Positions 1 to 9,009 of a stretch of 32,000 bases of DNA are shown piece by piece. Positions within the stretch are counted from its first letter, which is position 1; every line of letters begins with the position of its first letter. The stretch is from Acaryochloris marina S15 (lineage in GTDB: Bacteria > Cyanobacteriota > Cyanobacteriia > Thermosynechococcales > Thermosynechococcaceae), in the NCBI RefSeq assembly GCF_018336915.1, contig NZ_CP064923.1, positions 1,560,001 to 1,592,000 on the forward strand, in the 5' to 3' direction. The position numbers and the translations under genes are program-made. The notes under the pieces were generated by a model, which was given only the letters and a program-made list of their open reading frames with translations, was not told where the DNA came from and made no database searches.

Positions 1-151
1 GGTACCGCAGCCAGCGAGTCAACCTCAAGCATCACCAGCAAGTAACCCAGTTCTACCAATGGATCTGGAAACTCTTTTTTCTGGAATATGTGATATTCCC
101 TTTTGCTTGTCTGTGGCAATAATTACCTCAGATCCTGCAGCCTATAAGAAT

Positions 152-1747
152 CTAGCAGCGCCCTTTCTTGCCTCGCTTGCCGTTAGGGAAAACGGTCAGC
201 CAGTTGGTTTGTGCAAAAGATAATTGAGAATCCGTCAGCTTGGCACCCGACAAATCTGCTCCACAGAGATTAGCCCCCCGTAGGTTGGCATGGCTGAGAT
301 AGGCGTCGCTCAAATTAGCCCCTCGCAGATCCGCATTCGCCAAATCAGCATGGCTCATATAGGCCTGCATTAAATTAGCGTTGCGTAAGTTGGCCCCAGT
401 AAAGTTGGCCCGACCAAAATTCGCATTGATCAGAATGGCATCTCGCAAATCCGTATTTTGGAACTTGCCTTCATGGAAGTTGGCACTGGGCAGTTGAAAC
501 TTACGAAGATTCAAATTGCGTAAATCTTGTCCGCTAAAGTCTCGCTGGCCCCGGCCATAGGCATGTTGGACTGCATTCGGCGTTAAGCGTGCTTTCTTTG
601 GACCTCTTGAACTCAGGCTAGAAGAAGAGTCCAAACCTGTATAGCTTGAGCGAGGCGTCGACAGTTGCCCCGAAACTTTGGATAGAGCACCTGAAAGGGG
701 AGATTGGGCGCGAGAGTTATACCGTCGAATTCCAGAGGCTGCCCGAGAGGAAGGTGAGTTGGAACGCGGTCTTGTGGGGGAATAGGATCGTGATGATGAT
801 GAAGAACGGAGCGGGGGCTGAGACACTGTGCCAGCCGAAGATCCCTGGGCATTCTTCGCTAGGGCTTGGAGTACTTCTTTTGCTGACCGATAGCGATCAC
901 GCAGCGAGACCTCCAACATCTTGCCCAGGATCTCTTGTAGTTCAGGACCAATCTGAACATGCTCCCGCCAACTCAATTCTCCCGATACAGGGTTATAGCT
1001 TAAGTCTTTGGGAGATTTACCGGTTAACAAGTAAATACAAGTCACACCCAGGCTATACACATCACTGGCATAGACAGGGCGCATGGCCATCTGTTCCGGT
1101 GGGGCAAAACCAGGGGTTCCTACAGCAAAAGAGGTGAGCGTACTGTTTTCGTCAGGGTTGGCAATTGCCGTTTGGCTCACTTGGTCTTTGACCGCACCAA
1201 AGTCAATCACAACCAGCTTGTCATCAATTTCCCGTCGAATGATGTTGGCAGGTTTAAGATCGCGATGAATCACTTCTACACTGTGCAAATGATCCATCAA
1301 GGGTAAGACTTCTGCCAGCACCTTATAAACCATATCTTCGTCAAAAGGCCCAGATCGACGAACCTCTTGCTGCAGTGTTGCCCCCTGAACATACTCCTGA
1401 ACCAGAAAAAATTCTTGGCCCAGTTCGAAATAGTCCAATAGTCTCGGAAGTTGAGGGTGATTACCGATTTTACCCAGGGTTTCAGCTTCTCGCTGAAACA
1501 GTTCTCGGGACATTTCTAAAATATGGGGAGCAGTGACGACTGGACGCAGCTGCTTAATCACGCAGGTCGGCTTTCCGGGTAACCCTTCGTCTTCAGCCAG
1601 AAATGTTGTTGCAAACCCTCCTCGACCCAAAATTCGAGTCGAACGATAACGATCACGCAATACCAAGTTATTACCACAAGCCTGACAAACCATTTGCCGT
1701 GGTGCGTTACTGGGATTCGTACAAGCTGGATTTAAGCAATAGCTCAT
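152..1747 (-). CDS. Serine/threonine protein kinase with N-terminal 4-Cys prefix and C-terminal pentapeptide repeats
   Basis: 531-aa ORF. Hanks kinase motifs are present: GRGGFATTF (Gly loop), CVIKQL (Lys), HRDLKPANI, DFGAVK, GTPGFAPPE. The N-terminus carries CLNPAC...CQAC (4 Cys). A Ser/Arg-rich low-complexity linker follows. The C-terminus has tandem pentapeptide repeats (ANLRGANLSDAYLSHANLRGANL...). Confidence 0.9.
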   Translation of the reverse strand: MSYCLNPACTNPSNAPRQMVCQACGNNLVLRDRYRSTRILGRGGFATTFLAEDEGLPGKPTCVIKQLRPVVTAPHILEMSRELFQREAETLGKIGNHPQLPRLLDYFELGQEFFLVQEYVQGATLQQEVRRSGPFDEDMVYKVLAEVLPLMDHLHSVEVIHRDLKPANIIRREIDDKLVVIDFGAVKDQVSQTAIANPDENSTLTSFAVGTPGFAPPEQMAMRPVYASDVYSLGVTCIYLLTGKSPKDLSYNPVSGELSWREHVQIGPELQEILGKMLEVSLRDRYRSAKEVLQALAKNAQGSSAGTVSQPPLRSSSSSRSYSPTRPRSNSPSSRAASGIRRYNSRAQSPLSGALSKVSGQLSTPRSSYTGLDSSSSLSSRGPKKARLTPNAVQHAYGRGQRDFSGQDLRNLNLRKFQLPSANFHEGKFQNTDLRDAILINANFGRANFTGANLRNANLMQAYMSHADLANADLRGANLSDAYLSHANLRGANLCGADLSGAKLTDSQLSFAQTNWLTVFPNGKRGKKGRC

Positions 1748-1937
1748 TCAGCGTCTCTCAGATGATTGTGAATCAGGTGTGCTTGTAGAAGGTGCAAACT
1801 CTCCTATAGTCATTCTGCCCGCTTTTGTTCCTTGTGGGAGCATGCCCTATTAATTCGATGAACAAGGTCAAGATAATAGCGATAGTTGTCAACACTAGGA
1901 ATAGATAGTTTTTGATGCTGAAAGGTTTTTCCTACCC

Positions 1938-2405
1938 ATGAAAGTTATAGAGCATACCCCTGCCTTGCTAGTCCTGCAAGAACGGCTACTTGGAATTCGA
2001 CTCTTTGGGGGAGCTACTGCTCTATTAGGCTTCATGATTTTCATCATATTTGAATTTCCCTTTGATCTATTTGGCTGTTTCTGCATTGCGATCGCAGCCC
2101 TGATCAGCACATTGAGCCCACTAGAGATCTGCACCTTCGATAAATCGGGAAATGTAGTGGTCTTGGAAAAACGCCGCTGGTTCAGCTCTCAAATCCAACG
2201 ACATTGCATGACCCAAATTGAAACCATTCATGTCGAAGAAAAAGCTTGGTTGGGCACAAATTTTTATCAAGTCAAGCTGAACTTTGTATCAGGTCACCGC
2301 TCCACCCTTACCCAGTTTGCAACCACAGACAGAGTTGCTCAGCATAGTCTGGCGGAACGAATCCGAGACTTTCTAGAAGTTGGATGCTTATCTACCATTT
2401 CCTAG
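1938..2405 (+). CDS. Hypothetical membrane protein
   Basis: 155-aa ORF with ATG start. It has two hydrophobic segments near the N-terminus (FGGATALLGFMIFIIF, LFGCFCIAIAALISTL) and a soluble C-terminal half. No family recognised. The overlapping antisense ORF 1895-2134 looks spurious. Confidence 0.55.
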   Translation: MKVIEHTPALLVLQERLLGIRLFGGATALLGFMIFIIFEFPFDLFGCFCIAIAALISTLSPLEICTFDKSGNVVVLEKRRWFSSQIQRHCMTQIETIHVEEKAWLGTNFYQVKLNFVSGHRSTLTQFATTDRVAQHSLAERIRDFLEVGCLSTIS

Positions 2406-2447
2406 GCGAGGACTAAGCAGTTTAGGGAAAGGATTAGGTTAAGAAAA

Positions 2448-2519
2448 CTCCCCAGGTAGGATTCGAACCTACGACCAATCGATTAACAGTCGACCGCTCT
2501 ACCACTGAGCTACTGAGGA
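2448..2519 (-). tRNA. tRNA-Asn (anticodon GTT)
   Basis: The reverse complement folds as a 72-nt cloverleaf. Acceptor TCCTCAG/CTGGGGA, D-arm GCTC-AGTGGTA-GAGC, anticodon stem GTCGA/TCGAT with loop CTGTTAA, T-arm GTAGG-TTCGAAT-CCTAC. CCA is not encoded. Confidence 0.93.
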
Positions 2520-2574
2520 TAGCGAATCTCATACTAGCGATAAACGGATAACTTTGGCAAGGTTAATTTTCAGA

Positions 2575-4110
2575 TTAAGAGTCTGAAGAGCTAGATGGCC
2601 GGTTGCGTAACCAGTCTTGGCCCACCCGAATTGTTAAATCCGAGCCCAAGTCGCCGGTAGAATTTGCTAGAAGTTGACTGTCTGCTAGCAATGCCTGTAG
2701 ATATTCAGCAGATTCAAGATCTCCCCACTGGGGGATAATCTGGGTCTTGGCAATGGATTGAGGCCAATCATTATCGGCGTAATGGATATTGTAAAATCCC
2801 TGCTCCTGCAAGTACTTCACCATCGTAAAATCCCCATCCGGATCATCTGTTGCATTTTGGACCACAATTTTGATGTCTTTAAATTGTTCAGGATCCCTAG
2901 CTGCAATCTCATACCCATCTGGCGGAGAAACTTCAAAATAGGTTTGCATTACCCTATCCATTCCGGCTAGGTCCATTAGCCAAAAACTAAACTCATACTC
3001 TTCAGGACCACTAAAACGGCCCGGCAGCAACACCATTTGCAGTTTGTCGGAATTCACTTGCAGACCAAACTGCATCAAGGCCAGCATTTCGCCCACACTT
3101 AAATTAGAGTCAATATGTTTTTGCAGAACTGACAAAATTTGAGGAAGACGCGTCAGCATGGCAGGATTTGCCATTTTCTTCTGCAAGGCCTTCAGCAAAA
3201 TCTGTTGCCGCTGGGCACGGCCAATATCCCCCAAGTTGTTATTGCGGAACCGCACAAACCCCTCTGCTTCAACGCCATCGAGTTTTTGCAGACCCGGTTC
3301 CAAATCAATCTTCAACTTCTGGGTTTTATCCTCGTACTGCATGGCAAATGGGACATAGACCTCAACCCCATCCACGACGTCTACGAGTTCCCGAAAAGCA
3401 CCTGTACTCACTCGGACATAACGATCAATTTGGACATCGTTTAAGGTTGAACTAACGACTTCGGTGACCAAGTCGGGTCCACCCCACCAATTGGCAGAAT
3501 TGATTTTGGTAATGCCAACATCAGGAATGGGGACACGAGTATCACGGGGAATCGATAAAATGCTGACTCGATCATTTCCTGGATTTAGTCGAACCAACAG
3601 CATGGTGTCGCTACGGCTTTTAAACGGATCCTGCTCTTCGCCTTCTTCAGGTTCTTCTAAATTGAGATCCACTCCCAAGACAATAATATTGACGGGACGC
3701 GAAACACCATAACGCAAGCCGCCCTGAAGCAGTTCCGGCAACGAAACGGGACCATCTTTGTCTCCTAGAAGACGGAAAGGAGTGACCAAGGCCAGGGTTG
3801 CACCCAAGCCAGCAGAGAGAGTCATCGCGAAGGAGAAAGTAACCCCCCAGGTGACCCATCTAAATAGCGTTCCGACTCGGCTAGCTCTTGCAGGTTTTTG
3901 GGTTTTTATTCTCTGTTGTTTGCGAGAAGATCGTGGTCCACTTGCAGCTCGATGCTTAGATTGGCGTTTCGTGGGAAATGCTCCTTTTTTTACGTTGGCA
4001 CTCTTAAAGGTATTATCGGCCACGGTAATTTTGTGTGAAGGGTTAACAAAAGGCGACGGTTCTTGGCTTTCGACGGTTCCCTTTGCGCATAACGCTACGA
4101 TTCTACACAA
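2575..4110 (-). CDS. LytR-CpsA-Psr (LCP) family cell-envelope glycopolymer transferase with LytR_C-like C-terminal domain
   Basis: 511-aa ORF. It has a basic cytoplasmic N-terminus, one TM helix (WGVTFSFAMTLSAGLGATLALV), an LCP core motif (NIIVLGVD...RSDTMLLVRLNP...ISIPRDT...KIN) and a C-terminal IKIVVQNATD...TIRVG module. The true start could be internal. Confidence 0.82.
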   Translation of the reverse strand: MCRIVALCAKGTVESQEPSPFVNPSHKITVADNTFKSANVKKGAFPTKRQSKHRAASGPRSSRKQQRIKTQKPARASRVGTLFRWVTWGVTFSFAMTLSAGLGATLALVTPFRLLGDKDGPVSLPELLQGGLRYGVSRPVNIIVLGVDLNLEEPEEGEEQDPFKSRSDTMLLVRLNPGNDRVSILSIPRDTRVPIPDVGITKINSANWWGGPDLVTEVVSSTLNDVQIDRYVRVSTGAFRELVDVVDGVEVYVPFAMQYEDKTQKLKIDLEPGLQKLDGVEAEGFVRFRNNNLGDIGRAQRQQILLKALQKKMANPAMLTRLPQILSVLQKHIDSNLSVGEMLALMQFGLQVNSDKLQMVLLPGRFSGPEEYEFSFWLMDLAGMDRVMQTYFEVSPPDGYEIAARDPEQFKDIKIVVQNATDDPDGDFTMVKYLQEQGFYNIHYADNDWPQSIAKTQIIPQWGDLESAEYLQALLADSQLLANSTGDLGSDLTIRVGQDWLRNRPSSSSDS

Positions 4111-4190
4111 TTAGGTTTGAATGGCAAGGGGATTGGTTATATTGACTGACAGTTTACCCAAATTCTTCTTAGAACTTAAGGTTATTAACT

Positions 4191-5162
4191 ATGCAAGCCG
4201 TAATCATTGCTGGTGGAAAGGGAACAAGGCTATCACCTCTAACGTTACGTAGTCCTAAACCCATGCTGCCCCTTTTCGAGCGCCCTTTTCTCAGTTGGAT
4301 GGTTGAGCGGTGTAAAGAAGTGGGTTTAACCGATATTTTGATGAATATTCGATATCAGGCCACTCAAATTCAGGACTATTTTGGGGATGGGCAAAGGTTT
4401 GGCGTTAAGATTCGCTACGTCATTGAGAAAGAAGCCCTAGACACAGCGGGCGCGATGAAGCTAGCAGAACCATACTATACGGGCGAACCGTTGGTGGTAT
4501 TCAACGCGGATATTCTCACCGACTTGGATTTACGGGCTTTAATGCAAGCCCATGAACAGACCCAAGCTCAAGCCACTATCGCCTTGGCAAGAGTTGCAGA
4601 TCCCACAGCATTTGGGTTGGTCGAACTGACAGATATCACTGCTAGGGAGCACTCATCCACAGGCACTATCCAATCCTTCCGAGAGAAACCCACTCCCGAG
4701 GAAGCTGCAATATTAGGCATTGATACGATCAACGCAGGAACCTATATCCTCAATCCCGAAATTTTTGCTCAGTATCCAGCCGATCAGCCCCTCAGTTTTG
4801 AACGCACGGTTTTTCCTAATCTTTTATCAGGCCAACAGAAAATCTCAGGTTTCGTCTGGGATGGCTATTGGATGGACCTGGGTACACCAGCCAAATTCTA
4901 TGGGGCTCACTTAGATATTTTGCAGGGAAGGATGCCTTTTCCCTTACCCGAAACCATGCAAGAACGTCAGCCTCAAGTTTGGGTGGCTGCTAACGCTACC
5001 ATCGATCCCCAAGCCAAACTGGCTGGACCCTGTTTTGTGGGTGAAAATGCGAAGCTTGGTCCCCAAGCCGATATCTCTAGCGGGGTGATTTTAGGAACCT
5101 GTGGGCTAGTCGATCGACCGTTATCCCCCGGCATCTATCCCCCTGGGACCGTTGCTGTATAG
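4191..5162 (+). CDS. Sugar-phosphate nucleotidyltransferase (mannose-1-phosphate guanylyltransferase-like)
   Basis: 323-aa ORF. The N-terminal motif IIAGGKGTRLSPLT..PKPMLP is typical of NDP-sugar pyrophosphorylases. The C-terminal third looks like a hexapeptide/left-handed beta-helix region. It is divergent from the LCP gene. Confidence 0.85.
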   Translation: MQAVIIAGGKGTRLSPLTLRSPKPMLPLFERPFLSWMVERCKEVGLTDILMNIRYQATQIQDYFGDGQRFGVKIRYVIEKEALDTAGAMKLAEPYYTGEPLVVFNADILTDLDLRALMQAHEQTQAQATIALARVADPTAFGLVELTDITAREHSSTGTIQSFREKPTPEEAAILGIDTINAGTYILNPEIFAQYPADQPLSFERTVFPNLLSGQQKISGFVWDGYWMDLGTPAKFYGAHLDILQGRMPFPLPETMQERQPQVWVAANATIDPQAKLAGPCFVGENAKLGPQADISSGVILGTCGLVDRPLSPGIYPPGTVAV

Positions 5163-5165
5163 GTG

Positions 5166-6212
5166 TTAGGTATGGGGTAGGATAACCGCTTTGATGGTTT
5201 TGCGATCACGCATATCTGCAAATACCTGCCCCAGATGATTGAGGGGTTGCGTATCGTTAAGGAGTTCCTCAAACGGTAGTTCCTGACTGGCTAATAGCGC
5301 GAGGGATTCCCTCACAAAGGTGGGGGTATTGTGAAATACCCCCTTCAAAGTCAATTCACTGTAGTGCAACAAATCAGTATTGACGGTGATACTCGTATCC
5401 CGAGGGCATCCTCCAAATAAATTGATGGTTGCTCCTGGCCGTCCACAGGTAATGGCTGTTTCCCAAACGCTTGGAACCCCAGTAGCTTCAATCACAATAT
5501 CTGCCCCTTGGTTGTCGGTCAGCTCCAAAGTAGTGGCTGATATGTCCGTGTGATGGTGATTGTAGGTATGGACTGCACCTAGTTTGCGCCCCAGTTGCAA
5601 TCGCTGTTCGGATCCACCAAATAAAATCACCTCGGCACCGCGATGGGCCAACACCCCCACAAACATCAGGCCAATGGCACCATCCCCAATCACCACCACG
5701 CGTTGGGCAGGGCCATCCTTTTGTTCAGGCTTAAAACCAGAGCGGGCAATGCCGTGCAGAACACAGGCTAAGGGTTCGGTCAGAGAGGCATCGGCCATGG
5801 ATAAATGCTCTGGAATGGGGAGCAGATTCTGCTCAACAATGGCTGCAGGAATCCGCAAATATTGAGCAAATGTTCCGTTATTGAACGTCAAGTCGGTACA
5901 AAGGGAATATTCTTGCCGTTGGCAAAAAAAACAGTGCCCACAGGGGGCTGAATTATTAGCAACAACGCGATTGCCAAGAGACCAGCCCTGAACCCCCGAT
6001 CCTATGGCTACAATCTGGCCTGCTGCTTCATGGCCAAAGAGTGTTGGCGGCTTGAGCATTTTGGCATGGCCCCCGCGTCGCCACACTTTTAAGTCCGTGC
6101 CACAGGTCGTCGCAACATCCACTTGAATCACAACTTCACCTGGCTCAGGGGTAGGGTCAGGAACCGTTTCTAGGCGGAGATCGGTTTGGCCATGTAGTAC
6201 CGCTGCTAGCAC
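5166..6212 (-). CDS. Zinc-dependent alcohol/polyol dehydrogenase (MDR superfamily)
   Basis: 348-aa ORF. Catalytic Zn motif GHEAAGQIVAIG, structural Zn cysteines CGHCFFCQRQEYSLC, and Rossmann motif VIGDGAIGLM are present. Confidence 0.87.
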   Translation of the reverse strand: MLAAVLHGQTDLRLETVPDPTPEPGEVVIQVDVATTCGTDLKVWRRGGHAKMLKPPTLFGHEAAGQIVAIGSGVQGWSLGNRVVANNSAPCGHCFFCQRQEYSLCTDLTFNNGTFAQYLRIPAAIVEQNLLPIPEHLSMADASLTEPLACVLHGIARSGFKPEQKDGPAQRVVVIGDGAIGLMFVGVLAHRGAEVILFGGSEQRLQLGRKLGAVHTYNHHHTDISATTLELTDNQGADIVIEATGVPSVWETAITCGRPGATINLFGGCPRDTSITVNTDLLHYSELTLKGVFHNTPTFVRESLALLASQELPFEELLNDTQPLNHLGQVFADMRDRKTIKAVILPHT

Positions 6213-6268
6213 GTTAGTTCAGTCCTCCATTCAGTTTCACCATCTTAACGGGAATTGCTGAAGTCTTA

Positions 6269-6276
6269 GTCTCTTG
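6269..6276. repeat. Left copy of 8-bp target-site duplication GTCTCTTG
   Basis: It is identical to 7179-7186 and lies immediately outside the IS inverted repeats. Confidence 0.8.
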
Positions 6277-7178
6277 GGTCGTGCCTCAAGTAATTGTGGG
6301 TTGAGTATACTAGAGGCTCAGCTCAGCTTCTAACCTACCCATGCAATGCCCACTATGCGGTCATTCCAAAGCACACAAGCATGGCAAGATGCCCAACATG
6401 CTTCAACGATACCGTTGTCCTGAGTGCCAGCAGACCTTTACTGAACGCTTTGATACCCTTTACTATCGTCGTCAGGTGAGTCCAGAGCAGGTCCGACAAG
6501 TTCTCCAAGCCCATGCAGAAGGGAGTAGTCTTCGAGGTATCACTCGGACCAGTGGCCTGGCTTACAACACTGTAGTCTCTCTAGTAAGAGCTGCTAGCCA
6601 ACGATCTCAGCAACTCCATAATGGCCAAGTGCAAGCCGTTGAAACGGAGGATGTCAGTGCAGATGAAATGTGGTCCTTTGTGAAAAAAAGCAAAAACACT
6701 GTCTTCCCCATGAGCTAGAGATGGGTGATTGTTGGATGGCGATTACCTTGGCAAACACAAGCGGCGTGATCCTCTCGTGTCGTGTGGGCAAGCACACCGA
6801 TTCATTATTGAATGAACTGGTGACTAGCACTGAAGGTAAGACCGATTGCAAGGACTGGAATAGCGACGATTGGGGGGGTACGAAAGAGTGTTGCCTTGGG
6901 AGATTGACCATTACATTGGCAAGGACAGAACTCAACGACTCGAACGCACCAATGGCATTATTCGACAGCACAGTGGTCGATGGCATCGACGCCAGAACAA
7001 ATTTGGCAAAGTGTGGGCGCAAACCAAAGTCACTGCTCGATTAGTGGTCAGCTATTTCAATTGGATTTGGACACACAGTCGGCTTAAAACAACGGCGGCA
7101 CAACGTGCTGATCTAGCCTCGCGAGCTTGGCATTGGGATGACATACTCACCTACCCCACAATTGTTTGATGCACGACC
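6277..7178 (+). mobile_element. IS1-family insertion sequence (902 bp)
   Basis: The terminal inverted repeats are 6277-6300 (GGTCGTGCCTCAAGTAATTGTGGG) and 7155-7178 (reverse complement GGTCGTGCATCAAACAATTGTGGG), 21/24 identical. An 8-bp direct repeat flanks them. The internal ORFs encode a Zn-finger/HTH N-terminus and IS1-type DDE motifs (DEMWSF, SDDWGGY, TQRLERTNG). Confidence 0.87.
6341..7169 (+). pseudogene. IS1-family transposase, reading frame split in three (frame changes at A7 6683-6689 and G7 6872-6878)
   Basis: ORFs 6341-6718, 6670-7044 and 6870-7169 are successive -1 frames. The conceptual fusion reads ...DEMWSFVKKKQKHC...DWNSDDWGGYERVLPWEIDHYIGKDRTQRLERTNGIIRQ.... The first shift resembles IS1 InsAB' frameshifting. 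The second lies inside the catalytic core. Confidence 0.75.
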
Positions 7179-7186
7179 GTCTCTTG
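7179..7186. repeat. Right copy of 8-bp target-site duplication GTCTCTTG
   Basis: It is identical to 6269-6276. An 8-9 bp duplication is typical of IS1-family transposition. Confidence 0.8.
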
Positions 7187-7280
7187 CTTACAGACGGACA
7201 GGTTTAGCACCTGCTGATTAGGATAGGAGTTATAGCTCTAGCTGGTGTGAGACAAAGTCTTAGAGATCTGGACTGTAAAT

Positions 7281-7688
7281 ATGGCATCTTGGGCAATCAT
7301 ACAGAACGCTTCCTATATTCTTTTGATTCAAAGAAGCAGGCAAACGACCAGAGCCGATCAGTGGTGTTTCCCGGGTGGTGGTATTAAGAAGAATGAAACA
7401 CCAAAGCAAGCATGCGTTAGAGAAGCCTTTGAGGAGACACAACTCGCCATCAGAGTTGTTGGTACTGTGGCCAAGATTCGTGATGACTACTACTTCCTTT
7501 GCAAACTTGAGAATCCTCTTCAATCAGTCATCTTGAAGCCAAATGAGTGCAGGAATTATGTTTGGATTAATCCCACACATTTGGCTGATATTGGCATCAT
7601 TATGAATCTGAAAGTTGTTGTGCCACTATTACGTTCAATTGGCTATGACATTCATTTGTCGGATGAGTTGGAAGGCTATATTGCATAA
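7281..7688 (+). CDS. NUDIX hydrolase
   Basis: 135-aa ORF with a clear Nudix box GGGIKKNETPKQACVREAFEETQL (GX5EX7REUXEEXGU pattern). By eye the gene is more A+T-rich than its neighbours. Confidence 0.85.
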   Translation: MASWAIIQNASYILLIQRSRQTTRADQWCFPGGGIKKNETPKQACVREAFEETQLAIRVVGTVAKIRDDYYFLCKLENPLQSVILKPNECRNYVWINPTHLADIGIIMNLKVVVPLLRSIGYDIHLSDELEGYIA

Positions 7689-7926
7689 TCTATGGTTTAT
7701 CTATGGTGATCGGACGTATTCTGACAACTAAGTTTAAAATTGGCATTTAAGGGTAAGAGCTAGAAATATATATGCTCAACATTGTTTTATTGTGAAGACC
7801 CTCTCTCAATATCTGGGGATTCGTTAAGGTTTAAGAGGTAGGCCTACATTGCATCTCAGTCTAGAGCTGCCAACAGTCTCTCAAGTTGCATTTTTAACGT
7901 TAATTCAAGATCGGTATTTGTGATCT

Positions 7927-9009
7927 ATGGATTTTGATCATATTCATTTTTATGTTCATGATTCCAAACAATGTCAGCGTTGGTTTACCAACGTTTTAGG
8001 ATTTCAATATCTCGGGGGCAACACAGCGCCGGATCGGCAAGTTGAAGTTGTCTCTTCAGGGGCGATTGTATGTATTTTTTCCAGCCCTCTAAACCAGACT
8101 GGCCCAGTTGCCCAATATCTTCTGCAACACCCTCCTGGTGTAGTAGATTTGGCTTTTTTGGTTCCAAATGTTCAGGCTACGCTCGCCCGCGCTGTTCAGG
8201 CAGGGGCAACCCTTTTACAGCCTTTGATCGAAGAAAAGCATGACAAAGGGACTGTAACTTGGGGAAAAGTCAGAGGGTGGGGAGCGTTAGAACATTCGTT
8301 GGTGGAGCGGAGAGGGCAGACTTCCATTTTGCCGTCCGAATTTTTCCCGATCTCGATGCACAAGCATCACAAGCCTCAAGCTGCTGCTCGTCAAAGTCTA
8401 TTCACCCAGATTGATCATGGGGTTTTGAATGTGGGTCAAAATCAGCTTGAAGCTGCGGTGACTTGGTATCAACGCATATTTGGGTTTGAAACCCACCGAT
8501 ATTTTGATATTCAAACCCATCGATCGGGTCTACGCAGTGAAGTGTTGACTCATCCCCAAGGTCAAATCAAGTTTCCGATCAATGAGCCCACTTCAGCCAA
8601 TTCCCAGATTCAAGAATTTCTAGAGGTCAATCGAGGCGCTGGCATTCAACATATCGCCTTAGGAACTTCGAATATTGTCGAAACGGTCACTCAGCTTAAG
8701 CATCGAGGGCTGTCCATTCTAGATATTCCACCCAGTTACTATCAGCACCTACGACATCAGTTTGAACAAGCCTATTCCCACCTCGATTGGTCTGCCCTCG
8801 AACAACAACATATTCTGGCTGATTTCGAAGAGGATTCCGGAGCTGGAATTCTATTGCAAACCTTCACGAAGCCTATTTTCCCGCAACCTACTTTCTTTTT
8901 TGAAATTATTGAGCGGCAACGCCAAGCCCAAGGGTTTGGACAGCGAAACTTCTTGGCCCTGTTTCAAGCCATGGAACGGGAACAGCAGAAACGGGGAATA
9001 GTACTATAG
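7927..9009 (+). CDS. hppD: 4-hydroxyphenylpyruvate dioxygenase
   Basis: 360-aa ORF with a two-VOC-domain layout. The N-terminus is FDHIHFYV. The C-terminal motifs are typical of HPPD: GIQHIAL, FFFEIIERQ..QGFGQRNFLALFQAMEREQ..RG. Confidence 0.9.
   Translation: MDFDHIHFYVHDSKQCQRWFTNVLGFQYLGGNTAPDRQVEVVSSGAIVCIFSSPLNQTGPVAQYLLQHPPGVVDLAFLVPNVQATLARAVQAGATLLQPLIEEKHDKGTVTWGKVRGWGALEHSLVERRGQTSILPSEFFPISMHKHHKPQAAARQSLFTQIDHGVLNVGQNQLEAAVTWYQRIFGFETHRYFDIQTHRSGLRSEVLTHPQGQIKFPINEPTSANSQIQEFLEVNRGAGIQHIALGTSNIVETVTQLKHRGLSILDIPPSYYQHLRHQFEQAYSHLDWSALEQQHILADFEEDSGAGILLQTFTKPIFPQPTFFFEIIERQRQAQGFGQRNFLALFQAMEREQQKRGIVL

Noticed and set aside
1-45. Possible 3' end of a plus-strand gene (frame 1 reads GTAASESTSSITSK then stop)
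   Set aside because: Only 14 codons are visible, so it cannot be supported from this window.
230-540. Apparent 15-nt periodic DNA repeat
   Set aside because: It is explained by the pentapeptide-repeat coding region at the kinase C-terminus. It is not an independent tandem repeat or a CRISPR-like array.
613-1268. ORFs 613-852 (minus, other frame), 646-1137 (+) and 1083-1268 (+) overlapping the kinase gene
   Set aside because: They lie entirely within or antisense to a well-supported kinase CDS. Their translations are low-complexity or unrecognisable. These are typical shadow ORFs.
2758-4114. Seven short ORFs overlapping the LCP gene: six on the plus strand (2758-2970, 3139-3444, 3158-3358, 3168-3455, 3464-3712, 3758-4114) and one on the minus strand in another frame (3647-3859)
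   Set aside because: All are nested within the LCP CDS, antisense or out of frame. None shows a recognisable motif.
6654-7022. 122-aa minus-strand ORF inside the IS element
   Set aside because: It is antisense to the transposase frames and has no recognisable motif, so it is most likely a shadow ORF.
9004-9009. hppD and pdxA stop codons overlap in the palindrome CTATAG (convergent genes sharing 6 bp)
   Set aside because: The overlap is real but is a trivial consequence of TAG being read on both strands. It has no evident regulatory meaning beyond leaving no room for an intergenic terminator.
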